Under the pieces are notes generated by a model, which saw only the letters and a program-made list of their open reading frames with translations, did no database searches and was not told the DNA's origin. The position numbers and the translations under genes were made by a program. From Mobula hypostoma (Eukaryota), in the NCBI RefSeq assembly GCF_963921235.1, contig NC_086097.1, positions 224,132,001 through 224,196,000 on the forward strand: a stretch of DNA of 64,000 bases, in the 5' to 3' direction. Position 1 is the first letter of the stretch. Every line of letters begins with the position of its first letter. Shown in pieces: positions 37,966 through 52,085 of this stretch.

Positions 37966-39039
37966 TATGAGCTTAACTGCCAAACTAGGGCGAACTCAGT
38001 CAAGAATGTAAGGAAAGAGTCCTGCTACTCCATCTCAGAAATTATGTGAATGTTTCTCCCAACCACTGGATTCTTCAACACTTGAAGTATATGAAGGAAA
38101 AACTGCATGCATTAAGTGTACCACACGAAATGCTCTCTACTTTTGTATTTGTTTGGCAGCAACAAATGTACAACTGTTTTTAGTCAGTCAACGAGCAATT
38201 GGGCTCTTTTTCTCCTGTTTCTTTTTCTATTCCTTACCTTTGTCTCTGCTTGAAGGACAGTTTTTGGAAGAATGTCCTGGCAGATTGCCACCATTTTTCT
38301 CTAGTGTATGACGAAGTGGAGAACTCTTCTGACAGTTTCAGTGGCCTTCCACTGTTCTATAAAATGTTATGATTCAAATCAGTTTAGCCTATTGAAATAG
38401 TCATATTGTGCTGTTAACGTACTTCATGTTAACTCGTCCACAGCCTGTTACCTTCATAATTAATTGCCAGTCGATGGCCATCAATATTTTTCTTTGTCAA
38501 CTAGCTTTCGCTGGTTGTGATCTGGAATGTTTTGTTTGAAAGGATAATGGATATAATCTGTAACTTTCAAAAGGAAATTGAATATATGCTTGAAAAGAAG
38601 AAATACATGCAGGCCACTGGGGAAGGAGCAGAGGCGTCGAGTGAATCAGTGAAAAAGCTGACACCGTGGGCTGCAATGCCCTATGTCATGCCATCTCATT
38701 ACTACCTAATTGGCAATTCCTTAATAAATGCTCAGGCTGAGTTTGCACTTCTGACCAAATAACCTGGAGTATGGCCTGCAGTTTATACCGGCTGCAGATG
38801 CTGGAGGGGGTGGATGTGGAACTGATTAATGAAGTGGCCTGCTGTGTCCTGGATAATGACGAGCTAATGTGCAGCAGTTACACCCTTTTAGACAGGCAGT
38901 GATTATTCCATTGGATGACTAAACTTTACCCATGGTTGAGAGGCTTTGAGGGATCAAGAATTTCTTTTAATTAAGAGAAACAGCACAGTAGGAGGCCCTT
39001 TCCGCCCAACGAGCTCGCGCCACCCAATTACACCCAGAG

Positions 39040-40455
39040 TTCAGAGTAAATCTGGAGTACATATATGACACTATTTGCAACCCGGAGATTCATTTTCCTG
39101 TGGGCATCCTCAATAAATCCAGAATACAATGATAATCCTCTTAGAATCAATGAAAAACTGCTCCAACTGGGCATTCAACCAGTGTGCAACAAACTATGCA
39201 AAAAAAGAGAAAGAAATAATAATAATAATGATAATAAATAAGGAACAAGTATCGAGAATATGAAATGAAGAGTTCTTCAAAATGAATCCGTAGGTTGTGG
39301 GAATATTTTAATGATGGGGCAAGTGAAGGTGAGTGAAGTTATCCCCTTTGGTTCAAGAGGCTGATGCTTGAAAGGTAGTAATTGTTCCTGAACCTGGTGC
39401 TTCTTCCTGATTGCAGCAGTGAGAAGAGAGCATCACATGGGTGATGGGGGATCCTGATGATGGATACTGCTTATTTCCTGCGACAATGCCCCGTGTAGAT
39501 GTGCTCAATGGTGGGGAAGGTTTCACCAGTGGTGGACTGGGCCTTATCCAATCCTTTTGTAGGGTTTTCGGTTGGAAGGCCTTGGTACCAAGCTGTGATG
39601 TACTCTGCGAATATACTCTCCACCACACATCTTTAGAAGTTTGTCAAAGTTATAGATGACATGTCAAATCTTCTCAAACATCTAAAAAAGTGGTGGCACT
39701 GCTGTGCTGTTTTTGCAAGTACACTTACGTGTTGTGTCCTGAGCAACAACGAAGAATTTAAAGTTGCTGATCCTCTCCGCCTCTGATAAAGACTGGCTCA
39801 TGGACCTCTGATTTCTTCCTCCTGAAGTCAGCTCCTTGGTCTTGCTGACATTGAGTAAGAGGTTGGTGTTGTCAGCAAGCTTGAATATGGCATTGGAGCT
39901 GTGCTTAGCCACACAGTCAAAAGTGTAAAGCGAGTAGATCAAGGAGCTAAGCACACAACCTTTTGGTGCACCAGTGTTGCTGGAGATTGTGGAGGAGATG
40001 TTGTTGCCAATCCAAACTGTCTGGGGTCTGCAATTGAGGAAATTGAGAATCCAATTGCACAAGGAGGCAGTGAGGCCAAGGTTTTGAAGTTTATTGGTTT
40101 GTTTTGAGGGGATAATAGTATTGAAGGACAATTTGTAGTTGATAAAGAGCATTCTGATGTATGCATCTTTGTTGTCCAGATGTCCCAGGGTTGAGTGAAG
40201 AGCCGATGAGATAGCATCTGCTGTGGACCTGTTGCACTGGTAGACAAACTGGAGCGGATCCAAGTCACTTCTCAGGCAGGAGTAGGTATGTTGTATCACC
40301 TGCCTCTCAAAACACTGCATTGCAGTGGATGAAAGTGCTACTGGACGATAGTCATTGAGGCAGGCACCTGTACTGGTGAAGCCTGCTTGAAGCAGGTGGC
40401 TACCTCAGGCAAGCTCTCAGTGAATACTCCAGCCAGTTGATCAGCACAGGTCTTT
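39040..40455 (-). mobile_element. Rex1/Babar LINE fragment
   Basis: ORF 39682-40320 has [39 protein letters not shown]. Confidence 0.85.
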
Positions 40456-40887
40456 AATAATTAACCTACTAACCGGAAGGTCTTTGGAAAGTGGGAGGAA
40501 ATTGGAAGCAGACACAGCAACAGGGAGAACAGATAAATTCTACAGAGAACAGTGGAATTTGAAGCTGCATCGCTGGCACTGATGCACTACTGTGCCGCCC
40601 CAAGAAGTGAGCCACTTGGCGTGGGACTTGGTGATGATGGTGCCATTAATGATATGCTGGTCCTGAAGGGTTGGCTCTCAAACAGTCTTCCAGTCACTTC
40701 TGCAGGAGGAAACAGCACCCGGGGATGGTGGGAGAACTGACATATGATGTAGCTTTCCCTTGTCTTTCTGTCAATTCAAATATAAAGTTCAATATTCAAA
40801 GTATATTTATTACCAAAAAACATATACAGTATGTTACCATATACTACCTTGAGATTCGTTTTCTTGCAGGCATTTATAGGGTAAAAA

Positions 40888-41605
40888 TAGACAATAGACA
40901 ATAGGTGTAGGAGTAGGCCATTCGGCCCTTCGAGCCAGCACCGCCATTCACTGTGATCATGGCTGATCATCCACAATCAGTATCCAGTTCCTGCCTTATC
41001 CCCATAACCTTTGATTCCGCTATCTTTAAGAGCTCTATCCAGCTCTTTCTTGAAAGCATCCAGAGACTTGGCCTCCACAGCCTTCTGGGGCAGAGCATTC
41101 CATATATTCACCATGCTCTGGGTGAAAAAAGTTTTTCCTCAACTCCGTTCTAAATAGCCTACCCCTTATTCTTAAACTGTGGCCTCTGGTTCTGGACTCA
41201 CCCATCAGTGGGAACATGCTTCCTGCCTCCAGCATGTCCAATCTCTTAATAATCCTATATGTTTCAATAAGATCCCCTCTCAGCCTTCTAAATTCAAGAG
41301 TATACAAGCCCAGTCGCTCCAATCTTTCGACATATGACAGTCCCGCCATCCCGGGAATTAACCTCGTGAACCTATGCTGCACTCCCTCAATAACAAGAAT
41401 TTCCTTCCTCAAATTTGGAGACCAAAACTGCACACAGTACTCCAGGTGTGGTCTCACCAGGGCCCTGTACAGCTGCAGAAGGACCTCTTTGCTCTTATAC
41501 TCAGTTCTCCTTGTTATGAAGGCCAGCATGCCATTAGCTTTTTTCACTGCCTGCTGTGCTTGCATGCTTGCTTTCAGTGACTGATGTACAAGAACACCTA
41601 GATCT
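40888..41605 (-). mobile_element. Young CR1 3' end with (ctattgt)n tail, nested in an older repeat tail
   Basis: ORF 41035-41565 has LYRALVRPHLEYCVQFWSP; tail atagacaatagacaatag. Confidence 0.9.
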
Positions 41606-43021
41606 CGTCAATACAACAGAATTTACAAATAAACAGATAAGGGCTGACAACCAACGTGCAAAAGAAGACAAACTGCAAATAAAAATAATAACAAGTGAGA
41701 ACATAAATTGTAAAGAGTCCGGGAGCTGGCAGTCCCTATCTTCTCAGAACTGTGTGCCGAGCCCATTGCTGTACGCTCTCCTCGCACGTGACCCAATAGC
41801 CAAACACCTGAATAATTAGAAAGTTAAGTTCGCTGATGACAGGTCTGTGGTGGGGCTCATCGCCAATGACGATGAGACGGCCTACAGAGAGGAGGTAGAA
41901 GAGCTCGAGGCCTGATGACTCCTTCCTTCATGTCAACAACACAAAGGAGGTGGTGACTGACTTCAGGAGAACTCGCACCACTCACACCCCATTTTACATT
42001 GGTGGCACAGCAGTGGAAATTGCAGGCAGTTTCAAACTCCTGGGAGTGCACGTCTTGCACAGCCTCTCATGGTCTCAGAACACATTCTATCTAATGTATT
42101 TATGTTTATTGTGTCATTTTTTCCTGTTCTACTGTGTTCTATTTTGTGCTGCATCGGATCCTGACTAACAATTATTCTGTTCACTTTTACACTTGTGTAC
42201 TGGAGACGACATTACACAATTTTGAAATTGAAATTGAATTCCTGCAGCCAGAGAATAACTGCGATTTACCGAGCGCTGCCACTTTATTTCCACAGACTTG
42301 GAGAGCACTTGGAAGAAATGGAAGAAGCTGATGTTAGGTTCACTGAAGTAAAGTATCAATATAACTTATATAGAGCGTACAGAATTGAAATCTAACATAG
42401 TAGATGGTGAGTTCACTGTCTTAGTTCTTCAAATGAATTTCAGCTGCCACTCTCATAGCAGTACTGAGAAAACAGAAGCTGGACTAAGCAATAAATTTAC
42501 ATCCAATACAGCATATTAGCCTAGTTGTTTTATTTATTTTTAACGGAGATAAAATATGGAGGTTATTAGAGGCAATTGTCAATTAATAGATAATATTGTA
42601 CCAATAATTCTGTCTTCCTCCTAGTCTACTTTCTCTGCTCCTACTATACAGAGTCTTTTCCCTATCTTGCTGCATATTTCCTCTGATTCTCTAGCATGGC
42701 TGCATTACAGTGATTCATTTGGACAACCTTGCTCATTGCCAAGTACCACAGTACAAACCATAATTCCTTTACTTTGCTTTTGGGAAATTTCTCAGCAGGT
42801 TAATTACTCCTGTTAACAAAGAATAATCCTTATCTGTCAATACCTGCCTCTACGGTTTAATTAAATCTTTAAATAAATGAACATTATGGACACGAAGCCA
42901 TCATGAATGCTGTATTTAAACGCAAACAAGAGGAATTCTGCAGATGCTGGAAATTCAAGCAACACACATCAAAGTTGCTGGTGAACGCAGCAGGCCAAGC
43001 AGCATCTATAGGAAGAGGCGC

Positions 43022-43057
43022 AGTCGACGTTTCAGGCCGAGACCCTTCGTCAGGACT
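43022..43057 (-). ncRNA. Minimal type-I hammerhead ribozyme
   Basis: Reverse complement is identical to the consensus at 29051-29086. Confidence 0.82.
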
Positions 43058-44782
43058 AACTGAAGGAAGAGTGAGTAAGGGATTTGAAAGCTGGAGGGGG
43101 AGGGGGAGATGCAAAATGATAGGAGAAGACAGGAGGGGGAGGGATAGAGCCGAGAGCTGGACAGGTGATAGGCAAAAGGGGATACGAGAGGATCATGGGA
43201 CAGGAGGTCCGGGAAGAAAGACGGGGGGGGAGGTGACCCAGAGGATGGGCAAGAGGTATATTCAGAGGGACAGAGGGAGAAAAAGGAGAGTGAGAGAAAG
43301 AATGTGTGCATAAAAATGAGTAACAGATGGGGTACGAGGGGGAGGTGGGGCCTAGCGGAAGTTAGAGAAGTCAATGTTCATACCATCAGGTTGGAGGCTA
43401 CCCAGACGGAATATAAGGTGTTGTTCCTCCAACCTGAGTGTGGCTTCATCTTTACAGTAGAGGAGGCCGTGGATAGACATGTCAGAATGGGAATGGGATG
43501 TGGAATTAAAATGTGTGGCCACTGGGAGATCCTGCTTTCTCTGGCGGACAGAGCGTAGATGTTCAGCAAAGCGGTCTCCCAGTCTGCGTCGGGTCTCACC
43601 AATATATAAAAGGCCTCTCACAGCTATCTGGACTATTCCTCTTCTCACCCTGTCTCTTGCAAAAACGCCATCCCCTTCTCGCAATTCCTCCGTCTCCGCC
43701 GCATCTGCTCTCAGGATGAGGCTTTTCATTCTAGGACGAGGGAGATGTCTTCATTTTTTAAAGAAAGGGGCTTCCCTTCCTCCACTATCAACTCTGCTCT
43801 TAAACGCATCTCCCCCATTTCACGTACATCTGCTCTCACTCCATCCTCCCACCACCCCACTAGGAATAGGGTTCCCCTGGTCCTCACCTACCACCCCACC
43901 AGCCTCCGGGTCCAACATATTATTCTCCGTAACTTCCGCCACCTCCAACGGGATCCCACCACTAAGCACATCTTTCCCTCCCCCCCCCTCTGCATTCCGC
44001 AGGGATTGCTCCCTACACAACTCCCTTGTCCATTCGTCCCCCCCATCCCTCCCCACTGATCTCCCTCCTGGCACTTATCCGTGTAAGCGGAACAAGTGCT
44101 ACACATGCCCTTACACTTCCTCCCTTACCACCATTCAGGGCCCCAAACAGTCCTTCCAGGTGAGGCATCACTTCACCTGTGAGTCGACTGGGGTGATATA
44201 CTGCGTCCGGTGCTCCCGATGTGGCCTTTTATATATTGGTGAGACCCGACGCAGACTGGGAGACCGCTTTGCTGAACATCTACGCTCTGTCCGCCAGAGA
44301 AAGCAGGATCTCCCAGTGGCCACACATTTTAATTCCACATCCCATTCCCATTCTGACATGTCTATCCACGGCCTCCTCTACTGTAAAGATGAAGCCACAC
44401 TCAGGTTGGAGGAACAACACCTTATATTCCGTCTGGGTAGCCTCCAACCTGATGGCATGAACATTGACTTCTCTAACTTCCGCTAGGCCCCACCTCCCCC
44501 TCGTACCCCAGCTGTTACTCATTTTTATGCACACATTCTTTCTCTCACTCTCCTTTTTCTCCGTCTGTCCCTCTGAATATACCTCTTGCCCATCCTCTGG
44601 GTCACCCCCCCCCCCATCTTTCTTCCCGGACCTCCTGTTCCATGATCCTCTCATATCCCCTTTTGCCTATCACCTGTCCAGCTCTCTCGGCTCTATCCCT
44701 CCCCCTCCTGTCTTCTCCTATCATTTTGCATCTCCCCCTCCCCCTCCAACTTTCAAATCCCTTACTCACTCTTCCTTCAGTT

Positions 44783-44818
44783 AGTCCTGACGAAGGGTCT
44801 CGGCCTGAAACGTCGACT
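44783..44818 (+). ncRNA. Minimal type-I hammerhead ribozyme
   Basis: agtcctgacgaagggtctcggcctgaaacgtcgact. Confidence 0.82.
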
Positions 44819-45124
44819 GCGCCTCTTCCTATAGATGAATGCTGTATTAAATGTTTTGCTGCATTGTGATGTTCTGTAGTCAGATAACAAAATAATATGG
44901 AATTAATGGATGCTAAATGAGTACTTATTAAGGCGAGGTCAACATAACCAATGTAAGGAGGTCTGATAGTCACATAGGACCCAATTTTTATGGCTCTGGA
45001 CTTAGTTTCCAATCCTTGCCAACTGGTGGTCCCCTTGCACTAATGCTTCTTTAGAGCATAGTGTCTGCCACTTGCCTGGTAGTGGTTTGTTTTGCCATTT
45101 TTCCCAATGGGCACTTTTTTTTTT

Positions 45125-45735
45125 AGATTATGAAGACACGCAGTCCTCTTTTATTGTCATTTAGTAATGCATGCATTAAGGGATGATACAATATTTCCTC
45201 CAGTGTGATATCACAAAACACAGGACAGACCAAGACTGAAAAAACTAACAAAACCACATAATTATGACAGTGCAACAATACTATAACTTGATGATGAACA
45301 GTCCATGAGCACAGTAAAAAGTTCAAAGTCTCTCAAATGTCCCACATCTCCCGCAGACGGGAGAAGGAAGAAAAACTCTCCCTGCCATACCCGACCACAG
45401 TCCGACTCTGAGTCGTCCGAATACTTCGAGCCTCTGATCAGCTCTCCGACACCGAGTACTGAGCACCATCTCTATCCGAATGCTTCGACCTTAATCTTGG
45501 TCGCCAGCAGCAGGCAAAGCCGGGGATTTTGAGGCCTTCCCTCCGGAAGATTCTCGATCGCGCAGTAACAACAGCAGCGAACGGGCCTTTCAGAAATTTC
45601 TCCAGATGTTCCTCTGTGCTTTCACTTCTGTCTCCATCAAATCAGAATTGTCCACGGCCCCTATTTAACAGATACGATATCATTTTTCACCGGAGGGCTG
45701 TGCACTCACGGCGCGCTGCACTCTCTCCTCCCGCC
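45125..45735 (-). mobile_element. Second copy of the non-autonomous retroelement at 20866-21502
   Basis: Shared blocks gattatga(a/g)gacacg..ttttattgtcatttagtaat, aaaactaacaaaaccacata, ttctcgatcgc, tctccatcaaatc and ctcctccc. Confidence 0.65.
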
Positions 45736-46207
45736 TTGCAAGGATCTAGATTAGGAATTCCCAACCTGGGGTCCATGAACCCCTGGCATTGGTCCATAGC
45801 ATAAAAAAGTTGGGGTTCCTGATTTTAATGGTGTGACAAGAATCTCAGAGATGTATGAGTTAACCGAATGATAGGAATTGTTTGTGGGAAAGTTTGGAAC
45901 AATAGAACTGATTAATACTGTCACATAATGAAATGGAGATGACAAAGAGAGTGTGCACAAGAACTTTGGAATCCATTACTGCAGGTCCTAATACGTGTGG
46001 AGCCAGAAAGGTTCTTAATTCAGGTGGTGTTGGATTTTTAGGGGACAAAGTAGAATCAGATGAACAGTGCTACACCCTATTAAGAGCTTGAATGATCTGT
46101 CATTTGTTAAAATAAATGGATAGCAAATTCCTTCGTCAAGATGATCACAGGTTTTCTGCAGATCAGATTGTGTTGTCATTTCTCCTATTCATTAATATTA
46201 ATAATGA

Positions 46208-48385
46208 AGTCTGATCACCTGGCTGTACTTCTACTACCTGAGTATAGGCAGAGACTGAAGACTGCAGCACCAGTAGTGAGGACCAAGAAGGTATGGACAA
46301 GGGAAGCACAGGAGCACCTACAGGACTGCTTTGAATCAGTGGACTGGACTGTATTCAGGGATTCATCTTTGAACCTGGATGAGTATGCTGCAGTTGTTAC
46401 CGACTTCATTAAAACCTGTGTGGATGAGTGTGTGCCGACAAAGATCTACTGTACATTCCCAGACCAAAAGTTGTTGATGAACCAGGAGGTATGTCGTCTG
46501 CTGAAGGCTAGATCTGTGGCATTCAAGTCTGGCAACCCAGGCCTGTACCAGAAAACCAGGTATGATTTGCGGGCTATTTCAAGGGCAAAGGAATAATTTC
46601 GAAGGAAGTTGGAGGCGATATCAGATGCACGGCAACTCTGGCAGGGATTGCAAGACATTACATCCTACAAAGCGAAACCCAGTAGCATGAATGGCAGTGA
46701 TGCTTGACTACCAGATGAACTCAACGCCTCCTATGCATGTTTTGAAAGGGAGAACACAGCTATAGCTGTGAAGATCCCTGCTGCACCCTGTGATCTCTGT
46801 CTCAGAGGCCAATGTTAGACTATCTTTCAAGAGAGTGAACCCTTGCAAGGCAGAAGGTTCCAATGGAGTACCTGGTAAGGCTCTGAAAACCTGTGCCAAC
46901 CAACTAACGAGAGTATTCAAGGACATTTTCAACCTCTCACTGCTACGGGCAGAAGTTCCCACTTGCTTCAAAAAGGCAACAATTATACCAGTGCCTAAGA
47001 AGAATAGTGTGGGCTGCTTTAACGACTATCACCCGGTAGCACTCACATCGACAGTGATGAAATGCTTTGAGAGGTTGGTTATGACTAGACTGAACTCCTG
47101 CCTCAGCAAGGACCTGGACCCTGGTCAATGGCAGATGCAATCTCTATGGCTGTTCACACAGCTTTAGACCACCTAGACAACACAAACACCTACATCACAC
47201 CTGCTGTTCATCAACTATAGCTCAGCATTTAATACCATCATTCCCACAATCCTGATTGAGAAGTTACAGAACCTGGGCCTCTGTACCTCCCTCTGTAATT
47301 GGATCCTCAGCTTCCTAATCGGAAGACCACAGTCTGTGCGGATTGGTGATAACATATCCTCTTCGCTGACGATCAACACTGGCGCACCTCAGGGATGTGT
47401 GCTTAGCCCACTGCTCTACTCTCTATACACCCATGACTGTGTGGCTAGGCATAGCTCAAATACCATCTATAAATTTGCTGACAATACAACCATTGTTGGT
47501 AGAATCTCAGGTGGTGATGAGAGGGCGTACAAGAGTGAGATATGCCAACTAGTGGAATAGTGCCACAGCAACAACCTGGCACTCAATGTCAGTAAGACGA
47601 AAGAGCTGATTGTGGGCTTCAGGAAAGGTAAGACGAAGGAACATATACCAATCCTTATAGGGGGATCAGAAGTGGAGAGAGTGAGCAGCTTCAAGTTCCT
47701 GGGTGTCAAGATCTCTGAGGATCTAACCTGGTCCCAACATATTGATGTAGTCATAAAGAAGGCAAAACAGTGGCTATACTTTATTAGGAGTTTGAAGAGA
47801 TTTGGCATGTCAACAAATACACTCAAAAACTTCTATAGTTGTACCGTGGAGAGCATCCTGACAGGCTGCATCACTGTCTGGTATGGAGGGGCTACTGCAC
47901 AGGACCGAAAGAAGCTGCAGAAGGTTGTAAATCTAGTCAGCTCCATCTTGGGTACTAGCCTGCAAAGTACCCAGGACATCTTTAGGGAGCAGTGTCTCAG
48001 AAAGGCAGCGTCCATTATTAAGGACCTCCAGCACCCAGAGCATGCCCTTTTCTCACTGTTACCATCAGGTAGGAGATACAGAAGCCTGAAGGCACACACT
48101 CAGCGATTAAGGAACAGCTTCTTCCCCTCTGCCATCCGCTTCCTAAATGGACTTTGAAGCTTTGGACACCACCTCACTTTTTTTAATATACAGTATTTCT
48201 GTTTTTACACACTTTTTAATAATCTATTCAATATATGTAATTGATTTACTTGTTTATTTATTATTATGTTTTATTTTATTTATTTTATTTTTCTCTCTCT
48301 GCTCGATTATGCATTGCATTGAACTGCTGCTGCTAAGTTAACAAATTTCATGTCACATGCTGGTGATAATAAACCTGAGTCTGAA
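46208..48385 (+). mobile_element. Rex1/Babar LINE, 5'-truncated, about 2.2 kb, disrupted ORF
   Basis: [67 protein letters not shown]; tail aataaacctgagtctga. Confidence 0.93.
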
Positions 48386-49129
48386 GCTCATCTCATGATA
48401 GAGTTTTATCTAAATGAATAAGGAAGGTTTGTATTTAAACACTGAACTGTAGAATGTGCTAAAGATGTGTAGCTTTGACAGAAAGCATTCTGACCACCGC
48501 AACGGAACACCAATCTATATTTTAGTGCTCTGGGCTCTAGAGTGGGACTCAAACCCAGAATCTTTAGGCTTAAAGGTGACTATCTGAACCATAGCTGACA
48601 CACAATGAAAAACAGAGGAAAATATCATCTCAATAGTTCAGAAAAGACCCTCTGAACAGGAAAGGTGGAGCGAATGAAGCTACAACTATGTACACAACCT
48701 CTCTTAGCATTTTGTTTATTATACCTATGGAAGTAATGCTTAAGATTTTTTAACTGATACTGTTCCCATACTTTATGCATTTGGACCAAACTTCATGCTA
48801 CTAAAGCCAATAAAAACCTGTATAAAATCAACTATTTTCCAGTTGGCTGACTTTGGTGTACTATAATCACTTTGGTGCGATCCCAGTCGCACACTGTGAC
48901 TTGACTCCAACTATTGAACTGACATAGTATTGTCACTGGATACTCTGTAAAACAAATACAATTAAAATATAGAGAGGTTTAATACAAGAATGTTAATAGT
49001 TGTTTGGCTTTGGCAGCAATTTGAAATAGCACTTCATTTTCCATGTCCAATTATTGCCATTTCTATTATATATTTCTAGATTTTTCTCTGTAAGTGGGAT
49101 CTGGGAATACAGGTCTATATTTCTTCGCA

Positions 49130-49980
49130 AGTGATGTCACATGTAGAGGGTTTGTGAAGAGAACTTTTGGCACATTGACTTTCATAAATCAGAGCACTGA
49201 GTACAGGAGTTAGGATGTTATGTTGAAGTTGTAGAACGGAAGGACCTGGGAATACAAGTACATAATTCCTTGAAAGGGGCATCACAGGTAGATAGGGTCA
49301 TGAAGAAAGCTTTTGGCACAAATTGGCCTTCATAAATCAATGTATTGAGTACAGCAGTTGTGATGTTATGTTGAAATTGTGTAAGACATTGTTGAGGCCA
49401 AATTTGGAGTATTGCGTGTAGTTCTGGTCACCTACCTACAGGGAAGATATCAATAAGATTGAAACAGTACAGATAAAGTTTACAAAGATGTTGCTGGGAC
49501 TTGATGACCTGAGTGGTAGGCAGAGGTTGAATAGGCTGGGACCTTATTTCCTGGAGCATAAGAAAATGAGGGGAGATTTGATAGAGGTTAGGACACTAAC
49601 ATAATATATTACGTGTATTTGATAACGATATCCAAAATTATGAGGAGTATAGATCGGGTAAATAAAAGCAGACTTTTTTCACTGGGTGAGACTAGAACCA
49701 GAGATTATAGGTTACTGGTGAAAGGTGAAATATTTAAGGAGAACCTGGGGTGAGAGGGAATCTTTTTCAGAGAGTAGTGAGACTGTGGAATGAGCTGCCA
49801 GCAGAGGTGGTGGATGCAGGTTCAATTGCAGCATTGAAGAGAAGTTTGGATAGATACATGGTTGAGAGGTGTATGGAGGGCCATGCTACAGGTGTGGGTA
49901 GAACCCGCAGAAAAACAGGTTAGCATGAACTAGATAGGCAGAAGGGCTTGTTTCTATGCTCATCACTCTATAACTCCATG
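49130..49980 (+). mobile_element. CR1 3' fragment(s)
   Basis: gaggccaaatttggagtattgcgtgtagttctggtcacc..gggagatttgatagagg..tggaatgagctgcca. Confidence 0.75.
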
Positions 49981-50584
49981 GCCAACTACTATCACTTCAC
50001 CTTTGGGTTTCATTCTTTAATCTATTTTTGACCATGATCAGGTCTAGAAACATGTGGTTGAGGTAAAACTTACTCTCTGTGGGGTATTGGTGAGTGAAAA
50101 TTGCTTGATAGTATTGTTGAAGACACCTTCCTTCACTGAGATTATTGATAAGGTGCTAATTGGCCAGGTTGGATCTATCCTGCTCTTTATAGACAAGACC
50201 TCATCAGGTGGATGACAGTGCTTTAACTATACTTGAATGACTTGGCCAGAACTATGGTTAGTTCTTGAACACACATTGTCAGGCAGGATGTTGCCTTGTC
50301 CTTTTCACATCCTTTATTAATCCAGTGCTCTCAACCTTTTCCTTACATCAAGTGGAATGAATCAAGTTGGCTGAACACTGTTGTCTGTGAATGTTCAAAT
50401 TTCTGTTCAAATTTCAAACTTCAAAGTAAATTTATTATCGAAATACATATATAAGATTCATTTTCATGTTGGCATTCACAGTGGAACAAAGAAATCCAAC
50501 AGAATCAATGAAAAAATACACACACTGACAAACAGCCATGTGTGTAAGAAGGCAAACTGTACAATTATAAATAATAATAATATT

Positions 50585-52085
50585 TTTTTAACACCTAGTC
50601 TGCTCAGATCATGGGGGTGTCTTCCATGGAGGACATATTCTTATTGGTTAACTTTTTCTTCTGCAGTGATAATTTCTTCATTTTTCTGGGCTGTTCTGGG
50701 CTTTAATTTAAGTTTAGTAGTGTGTACATTTATCAGAATTGCATGTGCTCATGTGGAGTGCTGAATCCTGTATTCGTTGATGAAAATATATCCTTTGAAG
50801 TTTTACCTGACTGTTGTGTAATTTTTTTATGCCTGCTGTTCCTCTTCTTCCTTCTGTCTAAGGTAGTGTTAATCTAAATGCATCTGAGTGTACATAGTGT
50901 TTTCAAAAATTTGTCATTTCAGTTCTTATTTTTCTTTGTAAATTTTCCAGATTGGTTTTAGACCAAAATATTTTGCCAAAAGAATATATTAATATGGTTA
51001 TAGTAAAAATAGTTATATTTTTACAATTGAGCTCTGTTTGTTTCTTAATCTTTGAAGTAAATTCTATCAAAAGTTTTCCCTTTACCAAGCTATGATCTAT
51101 TTTCTTTGCTTGTTGATATCCCAGGTACTGTACTTACATGTTTCATATCCATCCATCGGTTGTCTTATATCCTGCTGCTCTGTTTTGTATTCTATTACCT
51201 CTATTTCACCTTTCTTTATGTTTAATGTTCTGCACTTATCTAGTCCAAAGTTCATGATATCTTTGGAAATAGTTCTACTGTTTGAATTAATTGCTTTAGC
51301 TTTTTCTGATGAAGGAGTGTATAATTTCAAATTGCCAATGTATAGAAGATGTGTCAAAGTATAATTCATTTGGTTGTTTCTGATTTGATTCCTAATTTTC
51401 TTCAGTGTCAGTAAATTAGAGAGCAGGTTTGAAGCTTGACAAAACCATTGTGGGCTTAGAGATTCACACTTGAAAATGCTAAGAGACTTCAGAAACAATC
51501 TAACACATTACAGGATCCGGCAGCAATTTAGTTCAATCTGATTACTTACACAGCCACAATTAAGTGGCAAATATCATTCACCAAAACCTTGCTTTAAAAT
51601 GCAATTTCATAAAAGAAACCATCCCTTACTATAAATTCAAGCCTGATCCTGTTTCAGAGTTAGAGTTCCACAAATTATATTACAACCGATCTGTTATTAC
51701 AGATAGAACAATCCATAATACCTGTCCGGGTATAATATTATAGGATAAACAAGCAAGAACAACTTACTTAATAGATATAGCCATTCCAAACACACATAAC
51801 ATACAGACATCAATAAGTGAAAAACATGAGAAATATGCTGAATTAAAAGAGGAAATTGGGTATGAACAAGGGCCCAAATGTTATATCTGCAACTGGTATC
51901 ATCCCAAAGTCACTACACAATAGCATTAAACAATTAGGCCTACACAGTAATATTTATGTAAATCCCCAGAAAGCCACAATACTAAGCACCACTTGCAATG
52001 GAAGTTTCTAGCAATTAAGAAATGAATGTCCTTGGATATGCCCGTACCTCAGGTTTTATTTACCAACTTGAGCTGACAAAAAGTT
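50585..52085. mobile_element. R4/Dong-clade non-LTR retrotransposon remnant (RT inverted, RLE in sense)
   Basis: Minus strand: SLSPQWFC..LKLY..FGLDKCRTLNIKKG and YSFGKIFWSKTNLENLQRKIRT. Plus strand from about 51490: ETI*HITGS..YLHSHN*VANIIHQNLA..TDRTIHN..DKQARTTYLIDIAIPNTHN..KHEKY. Confidence 0.75.

Larger units (their letters stand above)
42921..44834 (+). mobile_element. Penelope-like element with about 0.7-kb inverted arms and RT thumb/GIY-YIG
   Basis: Left arm 42921-43614 is inverted relative to the right arm; GIY-YIG ends at 44486. TSD atgaatgctgtatt at 42903-42916 and 44835-44848. Confidence 0.95.

Noticed and set aside
43479..44486. 335-aa ORF as a novel host gene
   Set aside because: It is a chimera across the PLE inversion junction; only the C-terminal part is the true GIY-YIG frame.
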